Of a stretch of DNA of 64,000 bases, positions 1-9,802 are shown piece after piece (the stretch's first letter is position 1; each line of letters opens with the position of its first letter). Origin of the DNA: an uncultured Trueperaceae bacterium. Lineage in GTDB: Bacteria; Deinococcota; Deinococci; Deinococcales; Trueperaceae. Position numbers and translations under genes: made by a program. The notes under the pieces are model-generated. The model did no database searches, had not been told where the DNA came from, and worked only from the letters and a program-made list of their open reading frames with translations. The DNA is taken from positions 160,001-224,000 of the forward strand of contig CAVSGP010000004.1 of the NCBI GenBank assembly GCA_963727505.1. Reading direction: 5' to 3'.

Positions 1-477
1 GTTGAGCACGGTCTGCCGGATGGAGTGCAGGAGCTGCAGCTCCTCTCCCACCCCCACTGCGACCGGTGCGCTCTCCCGCAGATCGAGCACCGCCACCTGC
101 TTGCGGTTGACCTGCTGGACGTACACCTCGGGAATCTCGAGTCCCTGCGGCCAGCTCCCGGCCTGACCCATCGCCTTGCGCAAGGCTCCCAGGATGCTCT
201 GCAGGCGCTCGGCCGGGTCCGAAGACAGCGTCAAGGTCACGAAGTCGGGGCGTGCCAGACCACCGGGATCGACGAGCTCCAGACGCACTTCCTGGCTCTT
301 CACCTGCACCTGCGGTTGCGCCGGCTTGATGTCGACGGGGCGCGGGTTGGCCACGTGCGCGCCGTGGCCGCCGAGGAAGAACACCAGGCTCGCCAGGAAG
401 ATCAGCGCCGCCACTGCCACGAAGGGCGTCGCGAGCCGTCGCCAGCGGGCGAGCCCACGCCTTCTCGGCTCGCTCAC
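1..477 (-). CDS. Membrane-anchored GerMN-like protein (3' end runs off the window)
   Basis: Manual translation MSEPRRRGLARWRRLATPFVAVAALIFLASLVFFLGG...AVLDL...EELQLLHSIRQTVLN, with one N-terminal TM helix. GTG start overlaps the amidase stop (GTGA). Not in the ORF track because it is open at the edge. Confidence 0.6.
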   Translation of the reverse strand, partial: MSEPRRRGLARWRRLATPFVAVAALIFLASLVFFLGGHGAHVANPRPVDIKPAQPQVQVKSQEVRLELVDPGGLARPDFVTLTLSSDPAERLQSILGALRKAMGQAGSWPQGLEIPEVYVQQVNRKQVAVLDLRESAPVAVGVGEELQLLHSIRQTVLN

Positions 478-1865
478 GGGGTGGCGCCTCCCGAGCCGAG
501 CAGCGTCGTCAGCGCGCTCGCCAGATCGGCGGCGAGCCCGCTGGAGGCAAGATCCTGCGGGCTGAACTCGAGCAACATGCCCCTACCGGCCGCGCCGCCG
601 AGCACGTACAGGGGCGCCCCGCCGGTGTCGCTGGACCGGTATCCGCCGTTCCGGAAGAGCTCGGTCCCCAAGCCTTCGGCGAAGCTCCGGCCGACGTCGA
701 GCTGAGGCACCAGGCCGAGCAGGATCTTGCGGCGCAGGGCGTTCACGTCCTGGCTCTGGACCGCGCTCTGAGCGTTCTTGCGGATGGCGGCGTCGAGCGA
801 GCTCACGCCGCTGGCGTCCGAGAGATAGTAGGCGTGGAACTGTCCCGCGGGAAGCACCGCAGCGTGGATGGAGACGAACAGGTCGGCGCCCACGCCGTCG
901 CGTGAGCGCGTGGCGGCGTCGACCGTGAAGTCACCGGTGCGCGTCAGCGACACGTCGTATCCCCGTGCCTGCAGCGCCTTCTGGAGCTGGTCGGCGAAGG
1001 CCAGCGTGAGCGAGGCCTCGCTGCCGTACCCCGGGAAGTTGATGCCCGGGTCCTTCCCGCCGTGACCGGGGTCGATCACGATATGCGCACTCGTCTGTAC
1101 GGTCGTGCCCTTGGGCGTGAACGCAACCACCAGACGGAAGCCGTTGCCGTCCGGGAGGCTGTAGACCTGGTAGGAGGTGCCCGGCGCGAGCTGTACGCGC
1201 ACGTCCGTGCCTCCCCCCGAAGTTCCGGCGTCGGCCCGCACGAACGCGTCCCCGACCACTCCGCTCACGTCCGACGCGACGTCGGCGCGGTCGAAGTGGA
1301 GCTGCAACGTCGCCACCGGCTCGTTGAAGAAGGTCGAGGTACCCACGGGTGCCGACACGCGAACCACGAGCCGCTGCTGGGGACCGCTACCTTCCGTGGT
1401 GAGGGCGGTGATCTGCGCCCGGGGCTGGACCACGACGACCGTGTGGTCCTTCTGCAGATAGGCCACCTTGCCGCCGAGCGCCTCGGCGACCGGCTTGACC
1501 GGGACCAGCACATCGCCGCTCTGGAGTACGGCGGCCGGACCGTCGAGGGCTCTGCCGTCGAGGTGCAGTGCCGCGCCCGCGGCGCCGGCCTGGGCCGGAT
1601 CGCTCACGACCTTCACCGCAAGGACGTGTCCGCCGAGTTGGAGTGTGGCAACGGTGGTGTCGGCATCGGTGTAGAAACGGGCCCCGAGGGCGCTTGCCAG
1701 CGCCGCAGCGGGTGCGTAGCTGGTGCCCGCGACCAGCTCGGTGGTGTTGCCGTCGACCGTCACGCCGTTGACCACCAGGGTGTTCTGGGCGGCCGCCATC
1801 GCCGAGAACGCGAGCAACAGTCCCACGAGAAGGCGTGGAAGCCCGCGGCGAAGGCCGACCCTCAC
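474..1865 (-). CDS. N-acetylmuramoyl-L-alanine amidase (Amidase_3) with signal peptide and N-terminal accessory domains
   Basis: IVIDPGHGGKDPG, SE, FVSIHA and LLE zinc/catalytic motifs. GTG at 1865 overlaps the smpB stop; signal peptide LLLAFSAMAAAQ. Confidence 0.88.
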   Translation of the reverse strand: MRVGLRRGLPRLLVGLLLAFSAMAAAQNTLVVNGVTVDGNTTELVAGTSYAPAAALASALGARFYTDADTTVATLQLGGHVLAVKVVSDPAQAGAAGAALHLDGRALDGPAAVLQSGDVLVPVKPVAEALGGKVAYLQKDHTVVVVQPRAQITALTTEGSGPQQRLVVRVSAPVGTSTFFNEPVATLQLHFDRADVASDVSGVVGDAFVRADAGTSGGGTDVRVQLAPGTSYQVYSLPDGNGFRLVVAFTPKGTTVQTSAHIVIDPGHGGKDPGINFPGYGSEASLTLAFADQLQKALQARGYDVSLTRTGDFTVDAATRSRDGVGADLFVSIHAAVLPAGQFHAYYLSDASGVSSLDAAIRKNAQSAVQSQDVNALRRKILLGLVPQLDVGRSFAEGLGTELFRNGGYRSSDTGGAPLYVLGGAAGRGMLLEFSPQDLASSGLAADLASALTTLLGSGGATP

Positions 1866-2308
1866 GTTTCGCGCTCGCGGCGGCTCATGGCCCGATCGAT
1901 CTCGCGCTGCGCATCCTTCTTGGCCTCCGTGCGACGCTTGTCGTGCAGTTTCTTGCCGCGCGCCAGGCCGATCTCGATCTTGGCCCAGCCTTCCTTGAAG
2001 TAGAGCTTGAGCGGGACCAGGGTCAGCCCCTTGCGATCCAGTCCCCGCGCGATCTCGGCGATCTCGCGCCGTTTCAGCAGCAGCTTGCGGGCCCGCAGCG
2101 GTTCGTGGTTGTTGTAGCTCGCCTCGGTGTATACGGGGATCGTCATGCCCTCCAGGAACACCTCGCCGCCGCGGATGCGGGCGAAGGCCTCGGCGATGGA
2201 GCCGCCCCCCTGTCGCAGCGCCTTGACCTCGCTGCCGGTGAGCGCCATGCCCGCCTCGAAGCGCTCGAGGATCTCGAAGTCGTGGGTGGCGCGGCGATTT
2301 CTGAGCAT
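1862..2308 (-). CDS. smpB: SsrA-binding protein SmpB
   Basis: NRRATHDF...EAGMALTGSEVKALR...RKLLL...GLARGKKLHDKR. ATG 2308 preferred because a TATCAT -10 abuts the GTG at 2326. Confidence 0.97.
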   Translation of the reverse strand: MLRNRRATHDFEILERFEAGMALTGSEVKALRQGGGSIAEAFARIRGGEVFLEGMTIPVYTEASYNNHEPLRARKLLLKRREIAEIARGLDRKGLTLVPLKLYFKEGWAKIEIGLARGKKLHDKRRTEAKKDAQREIDRAMSRRERET

Positions 2309-2453
2309 GGGGTAAGTCCGTTGCACATGATAGCCAGGGCGCGTGAGAAAGGCAAAGCGCGGCGCGCCTCCGAACCGAGGATTTCACGAGTTCACGAGCG
2401 CCGGACATGTACTCACGTTCACGAAGAGGGGCCGCCGACGCCGGCTACGCGCG

Positions 2454-4706
2454 TCACTCCAGCAACTCCCCAACGTCGCGCGGATCGACGTCCACGCGCA
2501 GACGGGCGCGCCCCATCCTGGGTGGAAGGCCCGCCAGGATCTGCTCCAGGCGGTCGGGAGCGGACAGGCGCAGCAGCACCTGGAAGGCATAGCGTCCCTT
2601 GAGGCGTGCCACCGGAGCGGGCGCCGGACCCAGCACCTCGTCCTCCTCGGCGCCCCGCCGACGCAGCTCCTCGGCCAGGGCGGCGGCGGCCTCGGCCGCC
2701 GCGCCCCGCTCCCGAGCGGCGAGCTGCAGCTTGGCCAACGCTCCGAAGGGCGGGTAGGCGAACCTCCGACGCCGCTCCAGCAGTTCGCCCACCAGAACCT
2801 CCACGGCCGGGTCCGGTGGATCGGCGGCGAGGGCCCGCAAGACGGGGTGCTGCGGTTGGTAGGTCTGGACCAACACCAGCGGGCGCCGGCGTGCCGAGAG
2901 CTCCCCCAGCTCCAGCAGCATCCGCAGCGCCTCCTCCTCTGCGCGAAAGTCGGCGAGGGACAGGTGCGTGTCGAACAGCGTCAGCGCCACAAGGGACAGG
3001 GAGGGAAGCGGCGGCAGTCGGAGCACCGCGGTCGTGCCCACCACCACGCCCGGCTCCCCCGCCAGCAGGGGCGAGAGGTCGTCGCGCCGATCCCTGTCGA
3101 AGCGCAGCACCTTCAGGCCATCCAGCATGCCGGCGAGCTGCTCGGCGACCCACTGCGTACCGGCTCCCCGCAACGGCGCCAGCACCGTCCCGCCGCAGGA
3201 GGGGCAGGCGGCGGGCGGGGCCTGCTCGTGGCCGCACTGGTGACAACGGAGCCTGCCGTCCTGGCGGTGATAGCGCAGGCTCAGGTCGCAGTTGGGGCAC
3301 TGCGCAGTCCAGCCGCACGCCTCGCAACCAAGCGCGGCCGAGAAGCCGCGGCGCGGCGCGATCAGCACCGCCTGCCGGCCACGCTCCCGCACCTGCTTCA
3401 GCACCCGCACCAGATCGGGATGCAGCGGCCAGTTCCCACTGCCCCCCATGTCGGCCGCATGCAGCCGCAGCCGCGGTAGCGGCAAGGTCCTGCGCGTGCC
3501 CTCGGGGAGGCGTACCAGCGTCTCCGGACCGGCGACCACATCGGTGAGCGTGAGCGCAGCGCCACTCGCACGGGCCAGCTGCGCGGCCGCGTCCGTGACG
3601 AAGAGCCGGGCACCCGCTTGCAGCTTGTAGCTGGCGCTGGCCGCCTCCGTGACGACCACCCGACCGAGGCGCGGCACCGGCGCCAGCAATGCCAGGTAGG
3701 TGCCGAGCACCACGACCGGTCCCGACGACGGCAGCTCTTCGAAGAGCCGCAGGCGCTGCTCGTCGTCGAGATCGCTGGAGAGCACGAACAGCGGGAGCGA
3801 CGCCAGCATCTCGGCGGCCTCGCTCAGGCGTACCTGCTCCGGCGCCAACACGAGCACGCTGCGCCCACCGTCGAGATCGCTGCGCAGGCGAGGCAGCAGC
3901 GCCGCCAGGCGCTGGCGGCGCAGGCCTCCGACCACCCCGCCGTCGCCGGCGGGCGGCACGGCGTCGGGAGGCGCCGGAGGCGGCGGCGGCGCGTCGAGCG
4001 AAGGACGCGGGAGGGTCGGCGGCGGGGCCTCCACCTCCCGGTAGGCGGCGTACCCCTTGCTCACCAGCGCCCGCACGGCGCTCTCGGGAACGTCGGCGTC
4101 GCGCGCCAGCTCCGCTGCGCTGTCGACCGTCTCCAGCTCCCACAGCCTGTGAAGCGCAACGCGCTGATTCGCGCGCCGTGCCCCCTGCAGCCCCTCATCC
4201 ACGGGCGCCACCGCTGCCAGCACGCGTACGGTGGGCCGGACGCGCACCACGTGCTCCTCGACCAGGCCCTGCGCGCGCAACCAGTCGAGGTGTTCGAGCG
4301 ACATCGTCGACGCCTCGACCCAATCGCCGTCGCGCTCCAAGCCCGGCACGTCCACCCCCGGCAAGGGCCGAACCAGGTGGCGTAGCGGGTCGCGGAACCC
4401 CCATGGCATGAGCGTGGCGAGCGCCACGCCGGCGGGAACGGCGGCGCGCCGCGCGATCTTCAGCAGCGCGTCGACCGCCTCGGGCGCCACGAAGGGATCG
4501 CGATCGAGCCCGTCGATCGCCTCACGGAGCTCCATGCCGCGGCCCGCAGGTACCTCGCGCCGCCCCACGATCAGCCCGACCCGGGCACCCCCCTGCCAGG
4601 GAACGGCCACGCGCCCGCCGACCGTCACGGGCTGCCCCGATGAGGGAGGCAGGTAGGTGAGCGGCTCGAGCGGGAGCGGCACGAGCACCTCGATCGCGGT
4701 GGGCAC
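2454..4706 (-). CDS. priA: Primosomal protein N' PriA (helicase motifs degenerate)
   Basis: N-terminal VPLPLEPLTY/GGRVAVPW, four CxxC pairs (CEAC, CPNC, CHQC, CPSC), RRGF, VQTYQPQHP, YPPF, LGPAPAP, VDVDP. GTG start 7 nt after TAGACT. Confidence 0.93.
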   Translation of the reverse strand: MPTAIEVLVPLPLEPLTYLPPSSGQPVTVGGRVAVPWQGGARVGLIVGRREVPAGRGMELREAIDGLDRDPFVAPEAVDALLKIARRAAVPAGVALATLMPWGFRDPLRHLVRPLPGVDVPGLERDGDWVEASTMSLEHLDWLRAQGLVEEHVVRVRPTVRVLAAVAPVDEGLQGARRANQRVALHRLWELETVDSAAELARDADVPESAVRALVSKGYAAYREVEAPPPTLPRPSLDAPPPPPAPPDAVPPAGDGGVVGGLRRQRLAALLPRLRSDLDGGRSVLVLAPEQVRLSEAAEMLASLPLFVLSSDLDDEQRLRLFEELPSSGPVVVLGTYLALLAPVPRLGRVVVTEAASASYKLQAGARLFVTDAAAQLARASGAALTLTDVVAGPETLVRLPEGTRRTLPLPRLRLHAADMGGSGNWPLHPDLVRVLKQVRERGRQAVLIAPRRGFSAALGCEACGWTAQCPNCDLSLRYHRQDGRLRCHQCGHEQAPPAACPSCGGTVLAPLRGAGTQWVAEQLAGMLDGLKVLRFDRDRRDDLSPLLAGEPGVVVGTTAVLRLPPLPSLSLVALTLFDTHLSLADFRAEEEALRMLLELGELSARRRPLVLVQTYQPQHPVLRALAADPPDPAVEVLVGELLERRRRFAYPPFGALAKLQLAARERGAAAEAAAALAEELRRRGAEEDEVLGPAPAPVARLKGRYAFQVLLRLSAPDRLEQILAGLPPRMGRARLRVDVDPRDVGELLE

Positions 4707-4803
4707 GGGCCCCAGTCTACCCAGTCGCCAAGGCCGCTCTCGCCGCCGCCGGGCGCCCATCGGGGCCCCTCGGGCCCCGCCCGCGGTCGGTATAGTGTCG
4801 GTC

Positions 4804-5811
4804 ATGACCAGCACCAAGGGAGGCTACCGGGAGGCGGGCGTGGACCTGGCGTCGGCAGACGATGCCCTCGCTCGGGTCAAGGAGCTCGTGGCGAGCACCT
4901 ACACGCCTGGCGTCCTCAAGGGGCTCGGCGCCTTCGGTGGGCTGTTCGAGCTACCGCAGGGCCTGGAGCGCCCCGTGCTGGTGGCCTCGACCGACGGCGT
5001 CGGCACCAAGACCATGGTCGCCATGCGGCAGCGAGCCTACCCGGGGATCGGTCGCGATCTGGTCGATCATTGCGTCAACGACATCCTCGTCCAGGGCGCA
5101 AGGCCGCTGTTCTTCCTGGATTACGTCGCCAGCTCGAGGCTGGAACCGGCGGTGACGGCGGCGGTGGTGGAGGGCGTGGCCGACGCCTGCCGCGCCAACG
5201 GTGCTGCGCTGCTGGGCGGCGAGATGGCCGAGATGCCGGGCGTATACCGGGAGGGCGAGCTCGACGTGGTCGGCACCATCGTCGGCATCGTGGAACGGCG
5301 TGCCGTCGTCGACGGTTCGGCCGTTCGCGAAGGGGACGTCCTGCTGGGACTGGCGTCGGGTGGCTTGCAGACCAACGGCTTCAGTCTGGCCCGTCAGGTA
5401 CTGGCCGACGCCTTGGACGAACCCTTCGGAGACGGAACGGTCGCCGACGCTTTGCTGGCGCCGCACCGTAGCTTCCTCCCGGCCGTCACGCCGCTCCTCG
5501 ACGAGGCCGGTCTGGTGCACGCCATGGCGCACGTCACCGGCGGCGGCCTGCCGGGCAACCTGCCCCGCTCGCTGCCCGACGGGCTGGGCGCGGTGGTGGA
5601 CCGGGGGAGCTGGCAAGAGCCCGCCATCTTCGGGCTCATCCGTGAGCGCGGCGCCCTCGACGAGGACGAGATGGCGCGGGTGTTCAACCTGGGGGTGGGC
5701 TTCGTTCTGGTGGTGCCGCCCGAAGGTGTCGAGCAGGCGCGGCGCCTGTGCCCCGAGCCCCTGGTGCCCATCGGCCGCGTCGAGCGCGGCGCGGGCGTCC
5801 GCTTCCGCTAG
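4804..5811 (+). CDS. purM: Phosphoribosylformylglycinamidine cyclo-ligase (AIR synthetase)
   Basis: YREAGVD, STDGVGTK, VNDILVQGARPLFFLDY, GGEMAEMPG, HVTGGG, VFNLG. ATG 7 nt after TATAGT. Confidence 0.97.
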   Translation: MTSTKGGYREAGVDLASADDALARVKELVASTYTPGVLKGLGAFGGLFELPQGLERPVLVASTDGVGTKTMVAMRQRAYPGIGRDLVDHCVNDILVQGARPLFFLDYVASSRLEPAVTAAVVEGVADACRANGAALLGGEMAEMPGVYREGELDVVGTIVGIVERRAVVDGSAVREGDVLLGLASGGLQTNGFSLARQVLADALDEPFGDGTVADALLAPHRSFLPAVTPLLDEAGLVHAMAHVTGGGLPGNLPRSLPDGLGAVVDRGSWQEPAIFGLIRERGALDEDEMARVFNLGVGFVLVVPPEGVEQARRLCPEPLVPIGRVERGAGVRFR

Positions 5812-5815
5812 TCCC

Positions 5816-6148
5816 TCACCGCAGCCAGGGGCCGGCCAGCGCCGCCCCGAGCATGTCGATCGACACCACCACGATGACGAGCAACAGGGCCTGGACACGG
5901 GCCGCACGGGTGCGGTGGCCAGCCAGTCTGACCGCCCACGCCAGGCCCGCGACCTGCGTCGCCGCCTGCCAGCGCGGGGCGCCGTGCAGCAGCAGCGCTC
6001 CTCCCACGACGAGCAGCCAGACGACCGTCGTCGCCCGCCAGGGAGCGACGGGGCGGCGCTCGGCGCGCGTGACGGCCGTGGGACCGTGTGCGACGGGGAG
6101 CGGAGGGTGGGGGTGGGGGTGGCTGGGTGCGGGCATGGGCTGCGCCAC
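5816..6148 (-). CDS. Small hypothetical membrane protein
   Basis: 110-aa ORF with 2-3 hydrophobic segments filling the gap between purM and the kinase. Start uncertain (6148 or 6136). Confidence 0.4.
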   Translation of the reverse strand: MAQPMPAPSHPHPHPPLPVAHGPTAVTRAERRPVAPWRATTVVWLLVVGGALLLHGAPRWQAATQVAGLAWAVRLAGHRTRAARVQALLLVIVVVSIDMLGAALAGPWLR

Positions 6149-6245
6149 AGCGCCGCGACCCCTTCGGGGGGATCGCTGCAGCGGGCCCTCAGCCTAGGAC
6201 CGCACGCCCAACGGAACTCTTACGACCTTCAACGCAGACGAGCGA

Positions 6246-7745
6246 TCAATCGGCGTTGCGACGGCTCAAGACGCCGGGGCCGTCGCCAAGGGCGCCTCGC
6301 GTGGCCGGTGTCTCACTGAGCTTCGGGTTGAGGGCGGGCAGCGTTACCGTGAACACCGTTCCCTCCCCCACCCGGGACTCCACCGCTACGCTGCCGCCGT
6401 GCTGTTGCACGATCCAGCGCACGATGGCGAGCCCCAGACCGGAGCCGTTGCCACGTCCGCTGCGCGCGCCGTCCACACGGTAGAAGCGGTCGAACAGGTG
6501 CGGGATCGCTTCGGGTGGGATGCCGGGCCCGTCGTCCAGGATCTCCAGCTTCACCTCCTGCCGCTCCCGTGCCACCCCGATGGTGATGTGCTTGGCGCCG
6601 GCATTGATGGCGTTGTGGATGAGGTTGAGCACCACCTGCTTGAGGCGACTCTGGTCGCCGCGCACCTCGAGCACCGGCATGGCGGTGTCGACCTCGATGA
6701 CCGCGTCGCCGGCGACCGGAGCCACCTCCATGTGCACGGCTTCCAGCACCTCGATCAGGTTCATGGGCTCGAGCTGGATGGAGAACCCTGCGTCGGCCCG
6801 GGCGAGCTCGAGGAGGTCGTTGACGAGCTTCGCCATGCGCTCCGCCTCGCGGCGGATGACGGTCAAGGAATCGCTCTGCGCCTCGGTCGGATGGGTCCGC
6901 CTGAGCAGGTAGTTGGCGTGCCCGACGATGGCCGTCACCGGCGTGCGCAGCTCGTGGCTGGCGTCGGCGGTGAAGCGTCGCTGCGTCTCGAAGGACTCCT
7001 GCAGCCGGTCCAGCATGTTGTTGATGGTGACCGCCGTCTCGCGGATCTCGTCACGGCTGGTCGGGGTGGGAACGCGCTGCGAAAGGTCGCGCCCGGAGAC
7101 GCGGGCGGCCGCCGCCGTCACGCGCTTCAACGGTTGCAGGGCCCGGCTCGACAACAGCCACACCCCTGCTCCGAACGCCAGGAACGCCAGCAGGACCGTC
7201 AAGACCAGGTTGCGGGCGAGCTGGTCGAGCGTGCGGGCCACCGTGCTCGACGGGATGCCCACGAAGGTCACGGCTTCGAAGGTGCGCGACTGCGCCGGGA
7301 AGTAGAGCGTGCCGAGCTCCGCCAGCACGGTGAGTTGCTCCCCTCCCGCCAGCGACACCACCGAGGTGGCGTGCCCCTTGCCGAGCAGGTCGGAGAGCGC
7401 CGCATCGGGCATGAGCCCGACCAGCGAGTCCTCGGTCGGGTTGGCGCGAGGGTAGTCCGACGGGCGGTAGGGGAATCCGTCGCGGATTCCCTGCGGCGTC
7501 TCGGGGACCTTGTTGGCGGACCCCAACAGAATGATTTGATAATACGCGTCGCTGGGGAGCTTCTGCAGCCCCTCGCGCACCGGTACGGTGCCGCTCGTCA
7601 GGTCCGTCAGCGCCTGCTGGGCACGGTCTTCCAACGCCGAGGTCAGGGAGTGCTCGGTCAGGATGTAGACCGACACGGCCACGGCACCCAGGATCAGCGC
7701 GATGAACGCGCTGAAGAACAGTGTCAGGCGGAGGCGCAGGGACAT
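6246..7745 (-). CDS. HAMP-domain sensor histidine kinase
   Basis: Two TM helices, HAMP, H-box ADASHELRTP, N-box NLIHNA, G1 DDGPGI, F-box LFDRFYR, G2 GSGLGL. Confidence 0.96.
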   Translation of the reverse strand: MSLRLRLTLFFSAFIALILGAVAVSVYILTEHSLTSALEDRAQQALTDLTSGTVPVREGLQKLPSDAYYQIILLGSANKVPETPQGIRDGFPYRPSDYPRANPTEDSLVGLMPDAALSDLLGKGHATSVVSLAGGEQLTVLAELGTLYFPAQSRTFEAVTFVGIPSSTVARTLDQLARNLVLTVLLAFLAFGAGVWLLSSRALQPLKRVTAAAARVSGRDLSQRVPTPTSRDEIRETAVTINNMLDRLQESFETQRRFTADASHELRTPVTAIVGHANYLLRRTHPTEAQSDSLTVIRREAERMAKLVNDLLELARADAGFSIQLEPMNLIEVLEAVHMEVAPVAGDAVIEVDTAMPVLEVRGDQSRLKQVVLNLIHNAINAGAKHITIGVARERQEVKLEILDDGPGIPPEAIPHLFDRFYRVDGARSGRGNGSGLGLAIVRWIVQQHGGSVAVESRVGEGTVFTVTLPALNPKLSETPATRGALGDGPGVLSRRNAD

Positions 7746-7752
7746 GGCGAGC

Positions 7753-8430
7753 CTATTCCTCGCGCAGCACGTAACCCACGCCGCGCACGGTGTGGATCAG
7801 CCGCCGTTCTCCTTCTTTCTCGAGCTTGCGGCGAAGGTAGCCAACGTAGACGTCCACCACGTTGCTCCCGCCGGTGTACTCGGGCCACACCTTCTCCTCG
7901 ATCTCGAAGCGGTTGAAGACCTTGCCAGGGTTGCGCGCGAAGAGCTCGAGCAGCTCGAACTCCTTGGCCGACAGCTCGATGCGGCGGCCGTCGCGGAACA
8001 CCTCACGACCGTCGAGGTTCATCACCAGATCGGCCACGCGGACCTCGCCCGTGACGGCGGGGTTCACGCGACGCAGGTGGGCGCGCACCCGGGCGAGCAG
8101 CTCCTCGATGCTGAAAGGCTTGACCAGGTAATCGTCCGCCCCCGAGTCGAGCCCGGTGACCTTGTCGTCCACCGAGTCCTTGGCCGTGAGGATGATGATC
8201 GGCGTGTTGCTCGTCTTACGGATGCGGCGCGCCACTTCCAGGCCGTCCAGCACCGGCAACATCAGGTCGAGCACCACCAGATCGGGGTTGAGCTCACGGA
8301 ACTTCGAGAGACCGGTGACCCCGTCGTACGTGACAACGGTGTCGTAGCTCTCGGCCTGGAGCTCCAGGTCGATGAACTTCGCGATCTCCTTTTCGTCTTC
8401 AACGATCAGGATGAGGGGTCTGCGCTCCAT
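7753..8430 (-). CDS. OmpR/PhoB-family response regulator
   Basis: [25 protein letters not shown], winged helix [25 protein letters not shown] 7 nt after CATAAT. Confidence 0.96.
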   Translation of the reverse strand: MERRPLILIVEDEKEIAKFIDLELQAESYDTVVTYDGVTGLSKFRELNPDLVVLDLMLPVLDGLEVARRIRKTSNTPIIILTAKDSVDDKVTGLDSGADDYLVKPFSIEELLARVRAHLRRVNPAVTGEVRVADLVMNLDGREVFRDGRRIELSAKEFELLELFARNPGKVFNRFEIEEKVWPEYTGGSNVVDVYVGYLRRKLEKEGERRLIHTVRGVGYVLREE

Positions 8431-8497
8431 GAAGGGCATTATGCCGCCCGTTCTCATGAGAGTCTTGATGAGCGCGACGTTCCCGGCGCGACGCGGC

Positions 8498-8995
8498 CTA
8501 CCCGGACGCCGTTCCGTGCTCCTGCAATGGGATGGTCTCCTGCACGATGATCGCCGTCTGGAGCACGCTTTCTGCCCACGCCTGCGCGCCCGGGAGCGAG
8601 TGGTCGCGCCAGTTGCCGCAGGTCTTCTCGCTGCATCCCGGGATGGGACCGTCGTGGCGGGTCACGTCCAGCAGCGCGGCCTCGAAGGCAACGCGGACCT
8701 GTTCGATGTCCGGCTCGCCCATGACCGTGAGGTAGAAGCCGGTGCGACATCCCATCGGGCTGGCGTCCACGATGGTGGCCGCCAGACGGTCGCGCAGGTA
8801 GCCCGCCAGCAGGTGCTCCATGGTGTGCAACGCGGCGGTCGGGACCTCGGCGCGGTTGGGTTGCACCAGGCGCAGGTCGAACTTCGAGACCACGTCGCCG
8901 TGCGGTCCTTGATAGTGGCCCGCGTGGCGCACGTACGGTGCGCGGACCCGGGTGTGGTCGAGGTCGAAACTGGCGACTCGGGTGACGGGTTCCAT
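8498..8995 (-). CDS. luxS: S-ribosylhomocysteine lyase LuxS
   Basis: SFDLDHT..APYVR, HTMEH (HxxEH), [18 protein letters not shown]. Confidence 0.97.
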   Translation of the reverse strand: MEPVTRVASFDLDHTRVRAPYVRHAGHYQGPHGDVVSKFDLRLVQPNRAEVPTAALHTMEHLLAGYLRDRLAATIVDASPMGCRTGFYLTVMGEPDIEQVRVAFEAALLDVTRHDGPIPGCSEKTCGNWRDHSLPGAQAWAESVLQTAIIVQETIPLQEHGTASG

Positions 8996-9120
8996 GCCGG
9001 CAGTATACGGGCCGCCCGCCCCGAGAGAACGGGCGCGGAACGGCCCCTAGCCAGAAAAGGCACCGCCGGTTACACTGGTCCCCGGCCCGACATCGGCAAG
9101 GCAGCGGCCTGGACACAACT

Positions 9121-9735
9121 ATGAGCACGCGATACGCACGGGGACGGAATCAGGGAGGCCGACGCAGCGCCAGCGTCGCGGCGGGGACCGACGAGCCCTA
9201 CCGCATCACGCCGACCGACGAGCGCGTCGCCATCTTCATCGACGGCAGCAACCTCTACAACGGCATGCGCGAGAACCTGCAGAACACGCGGGTCAACATG
9301 GCGGAGTTCATCGAGCAGCTCCGTCGCGAACGCCCGCTGTTCCGCACCTACTACTACAACGCCACCCTCACCGACGACTACGACGAGGACCTGCGCGACG
9401 GCCAGCAGCGCTTCTTCGAGTCGCTGCGGCGCATCCCCTACGTCACCGTGCGGCTCGGACGCCTGCACCGCAGGCAGGACGGCTCGCTGGTCGAGAAGGG
9501 GATCGACGTGGCGCTGGCCGTGGAAGCACTGGCGCTCGCCTACCAGGACGCCTACGACTCCGCCCTGCTGGTCTCTGGCGACGGCGACTACGTGGAGCTG
9601 GTCGAGGGCATCAAGCGCACCGGCAAGCACGTGGAGTGCGCCATGTTCAAGAACCAGTCGGCCGGCATCCTGCTCGAGTACGTGGACATCTTCCAACCGC
9701 TCGACGACCTCGACTGGTCCCACATCCTGTTCTGA
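9121..9735 (+). CDS. NYN (LabA/DUF88) PIN-like domain protein
   Basis: FIDGSNLY, EKGIDVAL, SGDGDY acidic motifs. Confidence 0.92.
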   Translation: MSTRYARGRNQGGRRSASVAAGTDEPYRITPTDERVAIFIDGSNLYNGMRENLQNTRVNMAEFIEQLRRERPLFRTYYYNATLTDDYDEDLRDGQQRFFESLRRIPYVTVRLGRLHRRQDGSLVEKGIDVALAVEALALAYQDAYDSALLVSGDGDYVELVEGIKRTGKHVECAMFKNQSAGILLEYVDIFQPLDDLDWSHILF

Positions 9736-9802
9736 CCGCGAGCCCGCCGCACCCTTTCGTCGACTCCAGGGCTGACCGCCCGAGGGCGGGCTCGCGCCGC
9801 GT

